In this document: positions 43,315-51,544 of the stretch, piece after piece
Position numbering within the stretch: the stretch's first letter is position 1
How the letters are laid out: every line of letters starts with the position of its first letter
Assembly: GCA_963825905.1 (NCBI GenBank)
Contig: CAWGUL010000008.1
Coordinates: 12,944-76,943 of the forward strand
Source of the DNA: an uncultured Chloroflexia bacterium
GTDB taxonomy: Bacteria; Chloroflexota; Limnocylindria; QHBO01
Length of the DNA: 64,000 nt
Direction of reading: 5' to 3'
The notes under the pieces: model-generated
What the model saw: only the letters and a program-made list of their open reading frames with translations
Databases searched by the model: none
Told to the model about the DNA's origin: nothing
Translations under genes and position numbers: made by a program

Positions 43315-44997
43315 TCAGCTCGACCCGAACAGGATCTCGCGGATGACCGGCAGTGACGGGGTGCCGTGGTTGATGACCGACTCGAGGAATGGTCGGTAGG
43401 CGAACTCCCGGCCCTCCCCATCGGCGCGCCGTCGCTCCTCGGCCTCGAGGTCGTGCATCCCCACGCTGCCGAGGAAGTACTCGCACAGCTGCGTGCTCGA
43501 CAGGCGTGCGCGCGACCACTTCTCGGTCGCCTCGGAGCGCTCCTGCCAGCCGCCGTCGACCATGAGGCGCATCGCGTCCTCCTCGTCCATCGATCCGGCG
43601 TGGATGCCGATGTCCATCATCGTGTTCGTGATCGCGCGCAGATAGAACTTCCAGTGGACGAGCATGAGGGCCGGGTCATCGGCGCCGTAGCCGACGTCCA
43701 TCATGACCTGGGTCACGTACACCGCCCAGCCCTCGGCGAACACGCCGGACTGGAAGATGGCGCGCACGAGCGAATCAGTCCGATTCGAGTACGCGAGCTG
43801 GAGATAGTGGCCCGGCACCGCCTCGTGGATCGTGAGCAGCCGCAGCTGGCGGGCGTTGTCCTCGCGCAGCATCGACTCGACCTGCTCATCGGTCCAGGCG
43901 TCGGGCGGTGGCGTGATCGCGAAGAAGCTGTCGAGGCCCTTGTCGAGCGGCCCGGGCGGGATGAGCATGGCGCCGCCGAAGGCACGCAGGAACGGCGGGG
44001 TCCAGATGATCTGCATCGGCTCATCCGCCAGGCCGATGAGGTCGCGCTCGCGGATGAAGGCCTCGATGCGCGCGTTCTCGGCGCGGCAGAAGTCGAGCAG
44101 CTCCCCGGCCAGCGGATGGTCGGCGCTGATCGCGTCGAGCACGCGGCGCACGAGCTGCGTCTCGTCCGACGGCATCGGCTCGTCGCGCACCCAGTCCGGC
44201 CAGAGCTGGCGCGCCAGGCGGACCATCTCGCCCCGCACCTGCGCGAAGGCGACGGTCGCGCGCTGCTCGAGGTCCTCGGGCGTGACGTCAGTCTTCAGGG
44301 CGTGCCGGAACTTCTGCGCGTACAGCTCCGACCCGAGCCGGAAGTCGCCCGTCGCGCGCGGCGCCAGGTCGTCACGCAGCCAGTCGCGGAACGCCTCGAC
44401 CGCGCGCGCCGCCTCCTCGGCAGCCGCCTCGAGGTCGGAGCGGAGGCCGGCATCGTCGAGCTGCTGCGCCTCGGCGGCCGCGCTGCGGGCCAGGTCCGCC
44501 ACGCCACCGATGGTGGCGATCGCCTTCTCGGTGTGGAAGGCGCTCACCGGGCGCGGTCCGCCGGCCCGGAGCGTCGCCCTCGCGGCCTCCAGGGCGGCAG
44601 GCAGGGCGCGCAGCCGCGATGCGGCGCTGGCGAGGCGGACCGGCAGCGGGGCGAACTCGCGCGACAGGAGGCTGAAGAGACCGCCCCCGAAGAGATAGAC
44701 GTAGCTGATCGGGCTCCAGGTCGCTTCCCGCAGCACCTCCTCACCAAAGCGGGCGGCGGCGAGGTGCTCGAGGACGATGCGCCGGTCGATCTCCTCGTCG
44801 CGGCCGAGGTCGCCCGGTTCCAGGGCGGCAACCTTCGCCTCCGCGTCACGCAGGAAGGCGACGCGTGCCTCGTGGCCGGCCGGCGTGAGATCCGGCCATG
44901 CGCCGTCGTGCTCGTGGTTCCCAAGCTCGGTGGCGGTGACGGGGTCGTGCCGGAACCAGCCGGCGAGGAAGTCATCGACGATGGGCTGCAACAACAT
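43315..44997 (-). CDS. DUF885 family protein
   Basis: From ATG at 44997: IVDDFLAGWFRHDPVTATELG.., HEAVPGHYLQLAYS, AEGWAVYVTQVM. Confidence 0.8.
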   Translation of the reverse strand: MLLQPIVDDFLAGWFRHDPVTATELGNHEHDGAWPDLTPAGHEARVAFLRDAEAKVAALEPGDLGRDEEIDRRIVLEHLAAARFGEEVLREATWSPISYVYLFGGGLFSLLSREFAPLPVRLASAASRLRALPAALEAARATLRAGGPRPVSAFHTEKAIATIGGVADLARSAAAEAQQLDDAGLRSDLEAAAEEAARAVEAFRDWLRDDLAPRATGDFRLGSELYAQKFRHALKTDVTPEDLEQRATVAFAQVRGEMVRLARQLWPDWVRDEPMPSDETQLVRRVLDAISADHPLAGELLDFCRAENARIEAFIRERDLIGLADEPMQIIWTPPFLRAFGGAMLIPPGPLDKGLDSFFAITPPPDAWTDEQVESMLREDNARQLRLLTIHEAVPGHYLQLAYSNRTDSLVRAIFQSGVFAEGWAVYVTQVMMDVGYGADDPALMLVHWKFYLRAITNTMMDIGIHAGSMDEEDAMRLMVDGGWQERSEATEKWSRARLSSTQLCEYFLGSVGMHDLEAEERRRADGEGREFAYRPFLESVINHGTPSLPVIREILFGSS

Positions 44998-45038
44998 GGC
45001 GGCGATGGTAGCGGAGCCGGACGGCGCGGTTCGGGGCG

Positions 45039-45647
45039 GTGCTACGGTCAGCCGCGATGGGTGCACGCGATCGACGGACGGCAGCGACACGCGAGCGGAT
45101 CGTGACGGTGGCCGCCCAGCTCTTCGGCGAGCGTGGCGTGGAAGCGACCACGATGGATGCCGTCGCCCGTGCCGCGGGCCTGAGCCGGACGAGCGTGTTC
45201 AACTACTTCCCGTACAAGGAGGCGATCCTCGTCGAGATCGGCGCCGGCTTCGTGACCGAGATCGGCGCCATGGCCGGCCGGCATCAGCGCCGTACCCCGC
45301 GCCAGGCGCTCTACGACCTGGCCGACGCGATCGCCGTCCTCACCACCCGGCAGCCGGGTCTCATCGCCGCGGTCGCGCGCGAGATGCTCCACCCGGATCC
45401 CGCTCGACGCCGCCACGCGCTCGTCCGCATGCGCTACCCGACCCTCATCGAGGCGATCCTGGGCGAGCTGGTGGCCACCGATCGGCTCCGGCACCCGCGC
45501 CGGATCGCGGCGCACGTTCGACAGCTCGTCGACCTCACTGGCGGCACCGTCCTGCGCGCCGGCGGAGACTTCCCGCTGACGCAGCTGCGGGCCGAGCTGC
45601 GCGCCAACGTCGACCTCTTTTGCGAGGGTGCGCTCGTCGAGCGCTGA
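45039..45647 (+). CDS. TetR-family transcriptional regulator
   Basis: TRERIVTVAAQLFGERGVEATTMDAVARAAGLSRTSVFNYFPYKEAIL. Possible start at ATG 45057. Confidence 0.85.
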   Translation: MLRSAAMGARDRRTAATRERIVTVAAQLFGERGVEATTMDAVARAAGLSRTSVFNYFPYKEAILVEIGAGFVTEIGAMAGRHQRRTPRQALYDLADAIAVLTTRQPGLIAAVAREMLHPDPARRRHALVRMRYPTLIEAILGELVATDRLRHPRRIAAHVRQLVDLTGGTVLRAGGDFPLTQLRAELRANVDLFCEGALVER

Positions 45648-45673
45648 CGGCGGGCGCCTATCATCGGCCCACC

Positions 45674-46399
45674 ATGACCGAGAACCTGAGCGCCACCGAT
45701 GCCTACGCCCGGGCCTGCCGGGCGCGCGTCCTCGCGACCGATGGCGCCGCGGTGCTGGTCGATCGCACGGTCGTCTATCCGGGCGGAGGCGGCCAGCCCG
45801 CCGACCATGCCTGGCTCAGGGCGCCCGACGGCAACCGCTGGGCGGTGACATCGGTCCGCAAGGACGGGTCGAAGCTGTGGCACGAGCTCGAGCATGCCGA
45901 GGCCGGTATGCCGGCGGTCGGCGACGAGGTGGAGATCGAGCTCGACTGGGAGCGCCGGCATCGGCTCATGCGGACGCACTCCGCGCTGCACGTCCTGTGC
46001 GGCGTCGTGTGGCGCGACCATGCCGCGCTCGTCACCGGTGGGAACATGGAGCCACTGGTCGGACGCATGGACTTCGAGTTCGAGACGATGTCGGGCGACC
46101 TGGTGGGCCAGATCGAGGCCCGGGTCAACGAGGAGATCGCCGCCGATCGCGAGATCCGGGTGGCGATGCTGCCGCGCGACGAGGCGTTCGCCATCCCCGA
46201 CCTCATCCGGACGAAGATCAACCTCCTGCCGCCTGGGATCGAGACGGTCCGCACGATCGAGATCGTGGGGCTCGACCTCCAGGCCGACGGTGGCACCCAC
46301 GTGGCGCGCACCGCCGAGATCGGGCACGTGCGCGTCACCGGCTACGAGAGCAAGGGCAGGATCAACAAGCGGATCCGGATCGCCGTCGAGGACGCCTGA
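45674..46399 (+). CDS. Alanyl-tRNA editing protein, AlaX-M-like (threonyl/alanyl-tRNA synthetase second additional domain)
   Basis: From ATG at 45674: VVYPGGGGQPAD, RTHSALHVLCG (HxxxH), ADGGTHVARTAEIG (the usual CxxxH Cys is Asp here), KGRINKRIRI. Confidence 0.75.
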   Translation: MTENLSATDAYARACRARVLATDGAAVLVDRTVVYPGGGGQPADHAWLRAPDGNRWAVTSVRKDGSKLWHELEHAEAGMPAVGDEVEIELDWERRHRLMRTHSALHVLCGVVWRDHAALVTGGNMEPLVGRMDFEFETMSGDLVGQIEARVNEEIAADREIRVAMLPRDEAFAIPDLIRTKINLLPPGIETVRTIEIVGLDLQADGGTHVARTAEIGHVRVTGYESKGRINKRIRIAVEDA

Positions 46400-46484
46400 G
46401 GCGTGGCGGCTGCGCGTGGCGCCTGAGGAACCACGACCCACGCGCCGGGGTAGATCTCGTCACAGACCGCAACCGAGGATTGCC

Positions 46485-47102
46485 ATGCTCCGCCGCCTCC
46501 TGGTTCCGCTGCTGGGCAGCACGCTGCTGCTCGCCGCCGGCGCCACCACCGCTCTCGGGAAGTGCGAGGGCCCCAACCCACCGACGTTCTGCTCCGAGGT
46601 CGTCGCCAGCCTGGACGGCGGAGGCACCGCCACCGCGTTTCGCGCCGGCGACCCGACCGACGTGAACGTCGTCGTCTCGCAGGGCGAGCAGCCGTTCGAG
46701 GCGCGGAGCGTGACGCTCACCTTCTCACGCGTCGCCGATGGTGCCGTTCTCACGGTCCCGGCCACGCGGACCACGACGGCCGGCATGTGGCACGCCACCG
46801 TCAACCTGCCGGCGCCGGGCAGCTGGACGATCGCCGCCGACGTCACCGAGCCGCAGGGCGGCACGCGCCAGGTGGCGGTGCTCACCATCCAGGCCGCCGA
46901 GCCTCGGCCTGCGCCACCGGCCGCGAAGCCGGTCACGCCGCCGGTCAGCCCGCTGATCCCGTGGCTCATCCTCCTCGTCGGCAGCGCCATCGGTGGCGGT
47001 GCACTCGCCCTGCGCGCGGTGCGGGCTCGTGCGCGTGTTGGCGTGGCGCCCTCCCTGCCGTCGCACGTGGCACCGATGGCGGAGAGCGGCGAGCGGTCGT
47101 AG
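46485..47102 (+). CDS. Hypothetical secreted protein with a C-terminal membrane anchor
   Basis: ATG at 46485 with GAGGA upstream. Signal MLRRLLVPLLGSTLLLAAGATTALG, an Ig-like-sized middle region, a Pro-rich stalk, and TM IPWLILLVGSAIGGGALAL. Confidence 0.55.
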   Translation: MLRRLLVPLLGSTLLLAAGATTALGKCEGPNPPTFCSEVVASLDGGGTATAFRAGDPTDVNVVVSQGEQPFEARSVTLTFSRVADGAVLTVPATRTTTAGMWHATVNLPAPGSWTIAADVTEPQGGTRQVAVLTIQAAEPRPAPPAAKPVTPPVSPLIPWLILLVGSAIGGGALALRAVRARARVGVAPSLPSHVAPMAESGERS

Positions 47103-47191
47103 CGCCGTGGGACCGTGCCGAGGCGCCATCGCGGCGTCTCGGCGCTCCACAACTCGCTGCCACGGGGACCCGCGCGTGGCAACCTTCACGC

Positions 47192-47695
47192 GTGACGTCC
47201 GACAACCGCGGCACCGAGGGATCCGAGCCTGCGGCCACGCCCGCACTGGCCGATCCGCGGCTGCGCGGCGTGCGGCACCAGGTCGTGCGCACCGACGTTG
47301 CCGGCAGCCCGGAGGAGAGCGCCGCGCTCCAGGGCATCCCGCTGGGCGCGTTGCTGCGCACGATCGTGGTGCGGCGCGGCGAGGACGACTACGTGTTCGT
47401 GCTCGTGCCGGGCGGTCGGCGCTTCGAGTGGCCGAAGCTGCGCAGCCTGCTCGGGGTCCGGCGCCTCTCCCTGCCCGATGCCGACGAGGCGCGCGCCGCG
47501 ACGGGGTACGAGCGCGGCGCGATCACGCCGTTCGGCTCAGCTCGGCCGTGGCCGGTGATCGTCGACGCGGCGGCACTCGAGCACCTGCGCGTCGCGATCG
47601 GCGGCGGTATGCGTGGCGTGAATCTTCACCTCGCGCCGCAGGATCTCGCGGCCGCCACCGCGGCGCAGGTCGCGGACGTCACCAGCCCCGGCTGA
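47192..47695 (+). CDS. YbaK/EbsC-type aminoacyl-tRNA editing (deacylase) domain protein
   Basis: From GTG at 47192: LLRTIVVRRGEDDYVFVLVPGGRRFEWPKLRSLLGVRRLSLPDADEARAATGYERGAITPFG. Confidence 0.7.
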   Translation: MTSDNRGTEGSEPAATPALADPRLRGVRHQVVRTDVAGSPEESAALQGIPLGALLRTIVVRRGEDDYVFVLVPGGRRFEWPKLRSLLGVRRLSLPDADEARAATGYERGAITPFGSARPWPVIVDAAALEHLRVAIGGGMRGVNLHLAPQDLAAATAAQVADVTSPG

Positions 47696-47698
47696 GAT

Positions 47699-48517
47699 CT
47701 ACGGGCGCAACGTTCCGGACCAGACCTGCCATGCCAGCAGCGTCTTGGCGATGAGGCTCAGCAGCATGTACGTCCGCTCGCCGTACAGGTAGTCGCGCCA
47801 TCGGCCCACCTTGCGGAACTGCAGGACCATGTTGAACGCGAACACGTTGAAGCTGAGGAAGAGGCTGACGTAGATCGCGATCACGAACCCGGGAATGGGC
47901 GCCGCGTTCGGCGACGTGATGCCGGTGATGAGCGCGACACCGATGACCACCCAGGGCACCGCGCCGGCAATGCAGCCGAAGAGGTAGTGCACCCACTGTG
48001 GCCGATCGCGCCCCTCATTGGCGGCCTCCATGCTCCACCCGAAGAGGTTCATCGCCGCGTTCGTGCCGACGATGGCGATCAGCGTGCCGACCTCGCGCAC
48101 GCCGGTGAGCATGGCGATGACGACGATCATCACGCTGGAGCTGAACGCGTACTCGATCCAGCGCGCCGGATTCATGCGGCGCGCGAGGTTGCGCTCGTAC
48201 CAGCCACGCGCCGGCCAGGCGACGACGGCGTGCGCGACGGCGCTCATCGCGAAGAACGACGCGACCAAGGGACCGATGGGAACATCGAACAGGGCGCGCT
48301 GCGCCGGGATGAGCGTCGAGGTCGCCGGGTCGAAGGTGAGGTAGCTCGAGACGACCGGCGCGGTCGCCATCGGGCTCTGCGTGAGCGAGAGGGCCAGCAT
48401 CGCAAGGAACTGGACGCCGTGAAGGAACGCGAGCGCCACGTTCCAGCGGTGCAGCGAGGTGGAGCGATCGGCCGGGATCGGCCGCGCCGTCGCAACCGTC
48501 GCGCCGAGGGCGGTCAT
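47699..48517 (-). CDS. Heliorhodopsin (7-TM retinal-binding photoreceptor)
   Basis: 272 aa. Collinear by eye with heliorhodopsin 48C12: NPARWIEYAFSSSVMIVVIAML, FGCIAGAVPWV, YLYGERTYMLLSLIAKTLLAWQVWSGTL. Schiff-base Lys258 (codon 47744-47746), counterion-position Glu122, and conserved His33/His96. Confidence 0.9.
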   Translation of the reverse strand: MTALGATVATARPIPADRSTSLHRWNVALAFLHGVQFLAMLALSLTQSPMATAPVVSSYLTFDPATSTLIPAQRALFDVPIGPLVASFFAMSAVAHAVVAWPARGWYERNLARRMNPARWIEYAFSSSVMIVVIAMLTGVREVGTLIAIVGTNAAMNLFGWSMEAANEGRDRPQWVHYLFGCIAGAVPWVVIGVALITGITSPNAAPIPGFVIAIYVSLFLSFNVFAFNMVLQFRKVGRWRDYLYGERTYMLLSLIAKTLLAWQVWSGTLRP

Positions 48518-49980
48518 CGGGCCGCCTCCCCGGCGCGCGTGGGGGCGGCAGGGGACGAGGCACTGGTCGGGCTCGCGTCGAAGGCGAGGCGGCCGGGTGC
48601 GGAGGCGGGATCGAGGTAGCTCGCCAGCCCCTCGTCAAACGGGGTCAGGCGGCGCGGGAGCCGCTCGAGCAGCGGGGCGGTATCGACGGTCGCCGGCTGA
48701 TTGATGAAGTCGACCGCGTCCGGCGTGAGGAGCGGCGACGGCAGCAGGCTGAGGGGCAGCGCGGCAAGCTTCACGAGGGGTGCAGGTGCCGGGATGATGG
48801 GCCGCCGGACCCCCGAAGCCCGGAGCGCATGCCCGATGACCTCGCGCATCGTGAGCGTGTCGGGACCGCCGACCTCGAGCACCGCGTTGCTCGCCGCCGG
48901 ATCCTCGAGGCTGTCCGCGACGAGGCGGCCGATGTCGTCCACGAAGACCGGTGCCAACAGCTGGCCGCCGAAGTTCGTCATCGGCACGAACTGGAGCTGC
49001 CGCGCGAAGCCGAGGAACCGGTTGAGCGACACGTCGCGCGGCCCGTAGATCCAGGTCGGGCGCAGGATCGTCCAGTCGATCCCCGAGCCGCGAACCGCCT
49101 CCTCGGCCCGCCACTTGGCGCGGAACCAGTGGCGCGCGGCATCAGGAGCCGCACCGGCGCCGGAGAGATAGACGAGCTTCCGCACACCCGCCGCGCGCGC
49201 GGCGGCGACGAGGTGCTCGGTCCCGGCGGCGTCGACCGCCATGAAGGTCTGACCGCGGCGGGGCGCCTCGATCGGCGAGTTCTTGAATGCCAGTGCGATC
49301 ACGAGCGCATCCACTCCCGCCAACCCGGGCTCGAGACCATCGCTCCCCGTCACATCGGCGTGCCGCACCTCGACCGCGTCGGGCAGCGGGCCACGCCCGG
49401 CGTCGCCCTGGCGCGAGAGGATGACCACCCGGTGGCCACGGGCGTGGAGCTCGGCGGCGATGGCACCGCCCACGAATCCGCTGCCGCCGGCGACGGCCAC
49501 CGTCATCGGTGCATCAGCGTGCCCCGCCTGGGCGAAGACGGCGCGAACGGCACGCGCGCGGTACCGGAAGATCTGCTCGAGCTGCGGCCGGACCACGAGC
49601 CGATGCGCCAGCTCCCCGAGCAGGCCCAACGGGAGCGCGTACGTCACCTCGTCGACGATCCGCGTGCGCTCGCCCTCGGCGAAGAAGGTGTGGCGATGGT
49701 CCCAGCGACGGTAGGGCCCCCGCAGCTGCACGTCGCGGAAGCTGTGCGGCGGGTCGTACTCGGCGATGAGGCTGCGCCACGTCGTCGGGATGCCGAGCAG
49801 CGGCCGAACCCGGTACTCGACCTCCAGCCCTTCGCGCATCGCCAGGTCCCCGGAGCGGAGCTCGAAGCCCATCGCCGGCGGCGTGATGCGGCCGAGGTTC
49901 TCCGGCCGCGAGAAGAAGGCGAAGACCTCGTCGATCGGTCGATCGACCTCGAGGCTCGCGCGGAGGCGATGCATCGTCAT
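48514..49980 (-). CDS. Fusion protein: N-terminal SRPBCC/START-like ligand-binding domain plus an atypical NAD(P)-binding short-chain dehydrogenase (NDUFA9/NmrA-like)
   Basis: SRPBCC: LEVDRPIDEVFAFFSRPENL..FRDVQLRGPYRRWDHRHTF. SDR: VAVAGGSGFVGGAIAAELHARGHRVVILSR, ILRPTWIYGP. Its stop overlaps the heliorhodopsin ATG (ATGA at 48514-48517). Confidence 0.8.
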   Translation of the reverse strand: MTMHRLRASLEVDRPIDEVFAFFSRPENLGRITPPAMGFELRSGDLAMREGLEVEYRVRPLLGIPTTWRSLIAEYDPPHSFRDVQLRGPYRRWDHRHTFFAEGERTRIVDEVTYALPLGLLGELAHRLVVRPQLEQIFRYRARAVRAVFAQAGHADAPMTVAVAGGSGFVGGAIAAELHARGHRVVILSRQGDAGRGPLPDAVEVRHADVTGSDGLEPGLAGVDALVIALAFKNSPIEAPRRGQTFMAVDAAGTEHLVAAARAAGVRKLVYLSGAGAAPDAARHWFRAKWRAEEAVRGSGIDWTILRPTWIYGPRDVSLNRFLGFARQLQFVPMTNFGGQLLAPVFVDDIGRLVADSLEDPAASNAVLEVGGPDTLTMREVIGHALRASGVRRPIIPAPAPLVKLAALPLSLLPSPLLTPDAVDFINQPATVDTAPLLERLPRRLTPFDEGLASYLDPASAPGRLAFDASPTSASSPAAPTRAGEAAR

Positions 49981-50080
49981 GGTGTGGTAGCTCCCGCGTT
50001 CGGGTCCGCGCTGCGAGGCGAACGCCGTGTAGATGGTTTGTTCACTGTCTTGGTGTCAGAATAGCCGGCATCGGGAGGTC

Positions 50081-50109
50081 TTGTCAAGCATCTGTCGAGG
50101 GTTTACGCT
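50081..50109 (+). promoter_or_regulatory. Candidate promoter of the carH-like gene (-35 TTGTCA, 17-nt spacer, -10 TACGCT), overlapped by 11-nt-phased TGTC repeats; implies a near-leaderless mRNA
   Basis: ttgtca at 50081-50086 and tacgct at 50104-50109, with the ATG at 50119. ttgtcaag (50081) and ctgtcgag (50092) are 11 nt apart. Confidence 0.35.
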
Positions 50110-50118
50110 AGACGAAGC

Positions 50119-51030
50119 ATGTACACGATCAGCGCAGCCGCCGCACGCGCCGGCATCTCGGTTCCCCTCGCCAGGGCGTGGGAGCGACGGTATGGCGTCG
50201 TCAGCCCAACCCGCACGGCGGCCGGCTATCGCATCTACGACGATGCCGCCGTCGCACGTCTGTCGGCCATGCGGGAGCTCATCGCGCGGGGCTGGGCGGC
50301 GGGCGCGGCGGCGACCTCGCTGCGCGAGATGGATGACGACGCGGTTCGCGCCCTCGCGACCAACCCGATCCCGGCCGGCAGCGCCGGCCCGAGCCTCGAG
50401 CCCGGCGAACGGCTCGTGGCCGCGTTCGTTCGGGCCGCGACGGCGCTGGATGCGAGCGCCATCGAGGACGTGCTCGACGACGCGTTCGCGCGCGGTTCGT
50501 TCGAATGGGTGAGCGAGCGATTCCTGCTGCCGATGATGGTCGCCGTCGGCGACGCCTGGCAGTCCGGCCGCCTCCACGTCGCTGGGGAGCACCTCGCCAG
50601 CCACTCCGTCCAGCGCCGACTCGCGACGGCCTTCGAGGCGGCGGGTCGGACGCCGGCGCACGCTCGTCCCGTGCTCGTCGGCCTGCCGCCCGGCAGCCGG
50701 CACGAGCTCGGGGCGCTGGGATTCGCCACGGGTGCGCGGCGCGCCGGCATGGATGTCACCTACCTCGGTCCTGACCTGCCGATCGAGGACTGGCGCGCTG
50801 CCGCTCGGACGGCCGATGCGCGGGCCGCGGTCATCGGCGTGGCGACCGATCGCGATGCGGCTCCGGCCGCCGCGCTGGCCGCCGCCCTCCGCGCCGACCG
50901 ACCCGCAATGCTCGTGGCGGTCGGCGGTCCGGCGGCGAGCCAGGCGGCGTCGGACGGCGTGCTGGAGCTCGCCGACGGGATCGGGTCCGCGGTCGACGTC
51001 GTGCGTCGCGCCCTCGACGCCACCGGCTGA
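50119..51030 (+). CDS. CarH/LitR-type regulator: MerR-family HTH fused to a cobalamin-binding photoreceptor module
   Basis: MerR HTH YTISAAAARAGISVPLARAWERRYGVVSPTRTAAGYRIY. W-x9-EH motif AWQSGRLHVAGEH. B12 lower-ligand His motif VLVGLPPGSRHELGALGF..YLGPDLP. Confidence 0.85.
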   Translation: MYTISAAAARAGISVPLARAWERRYGVVSPTRTAAGYRIYDDAAVARLSAMRELIARGWAAGAAATSLREMDDDAVRALATNPIPAGSAGPSLEPGERLVAAFVRAATALDASAIEDVLDDAFARGSFEWVSERFLLPMMVAVGDAWQSGRLHVAGEHLASHSVQRRLATAFEAAGRTPAHARPVLVGLPPGSRHELGALGFATGARRAGMDVTYLGPDLPIEDWRAAARTADARAAVIGVATDRDAAPAAALAAALRADRPAMLVAVGGPAASQAASDGVLELADGIGSAVDVVRRALDATG

Positions 51031-51042
51031 CCGAAGCCGGGT

Positions 51043-51504
51043 CTAGCCGGCGGCGAGCTCATCGAGGCGTCGCCGCATGCCGTCGAGCGGCCCGCCGCCG
51101 CCGCGGAGGCGGCCGATGAGCGCCATGATCGGCATCCCGAGCCATAGCAGCCGTCCCACCCCGTGGAGGTTGACCTCCGCCTCGTAGCGAATCGTGCTGC
51201 CGCCATCGGTGCCGGGCTCGACGCTGATCTCGTCCCAGCCATCGAAGCGGGTGCCGGACGACCCGAGCAGGCGCACCCGCCGCGGCGGTTCGAGCGCCTC
51301 GATGACGTAGTCGAGACCGATGCGTACCCGACCCGGTCCGCGCGCGTCGAGTCGATAGCGGCTCCCCACATGCGGCGGGCCGGGATCGAGGCGTTCGGCA
51401 CGCCGGATGAACGGATCCCACTCCTCGATCGTGGCGAAATCGGAGAGGTACGCGAACGCGCGGTCCGGCGCGAGCCGGGTGGGAAACGAGGTGCCGAGGC
51501 GCAT
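51043..51504 (-). CDS. SRPBCC-superfamily (polyketide cyclase/dehydrase-like) protein
   Basis: From the internal ATG at 51504: FPTRLAPDRAFAYLSDFATIEEWDP..YRLDARGPGRVRIGLDYVIEALEPPRRVRL... ATG at 51534 or 51546 is also possible. Confidence 0.65.
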   Translation of the reverse strand: MRLGTSFPTRLAPDRAFAYLSDFATIEEWDPFIRRAERLDPGPPHVGSRYRLDARGPGRVRIGLDYVIEALEPPRRVRLLGSSGTRFDGWDEISVEPGTDGGSTIRYEAEVNLHGVGRLLWLGMPIMALIGRLRGGGGPLDGMRRRLDELAAG

Positions 51505-51544
51505 GCCCGCCGATGCTACGTGGATCGGTGCCATAGTGCTCGCC

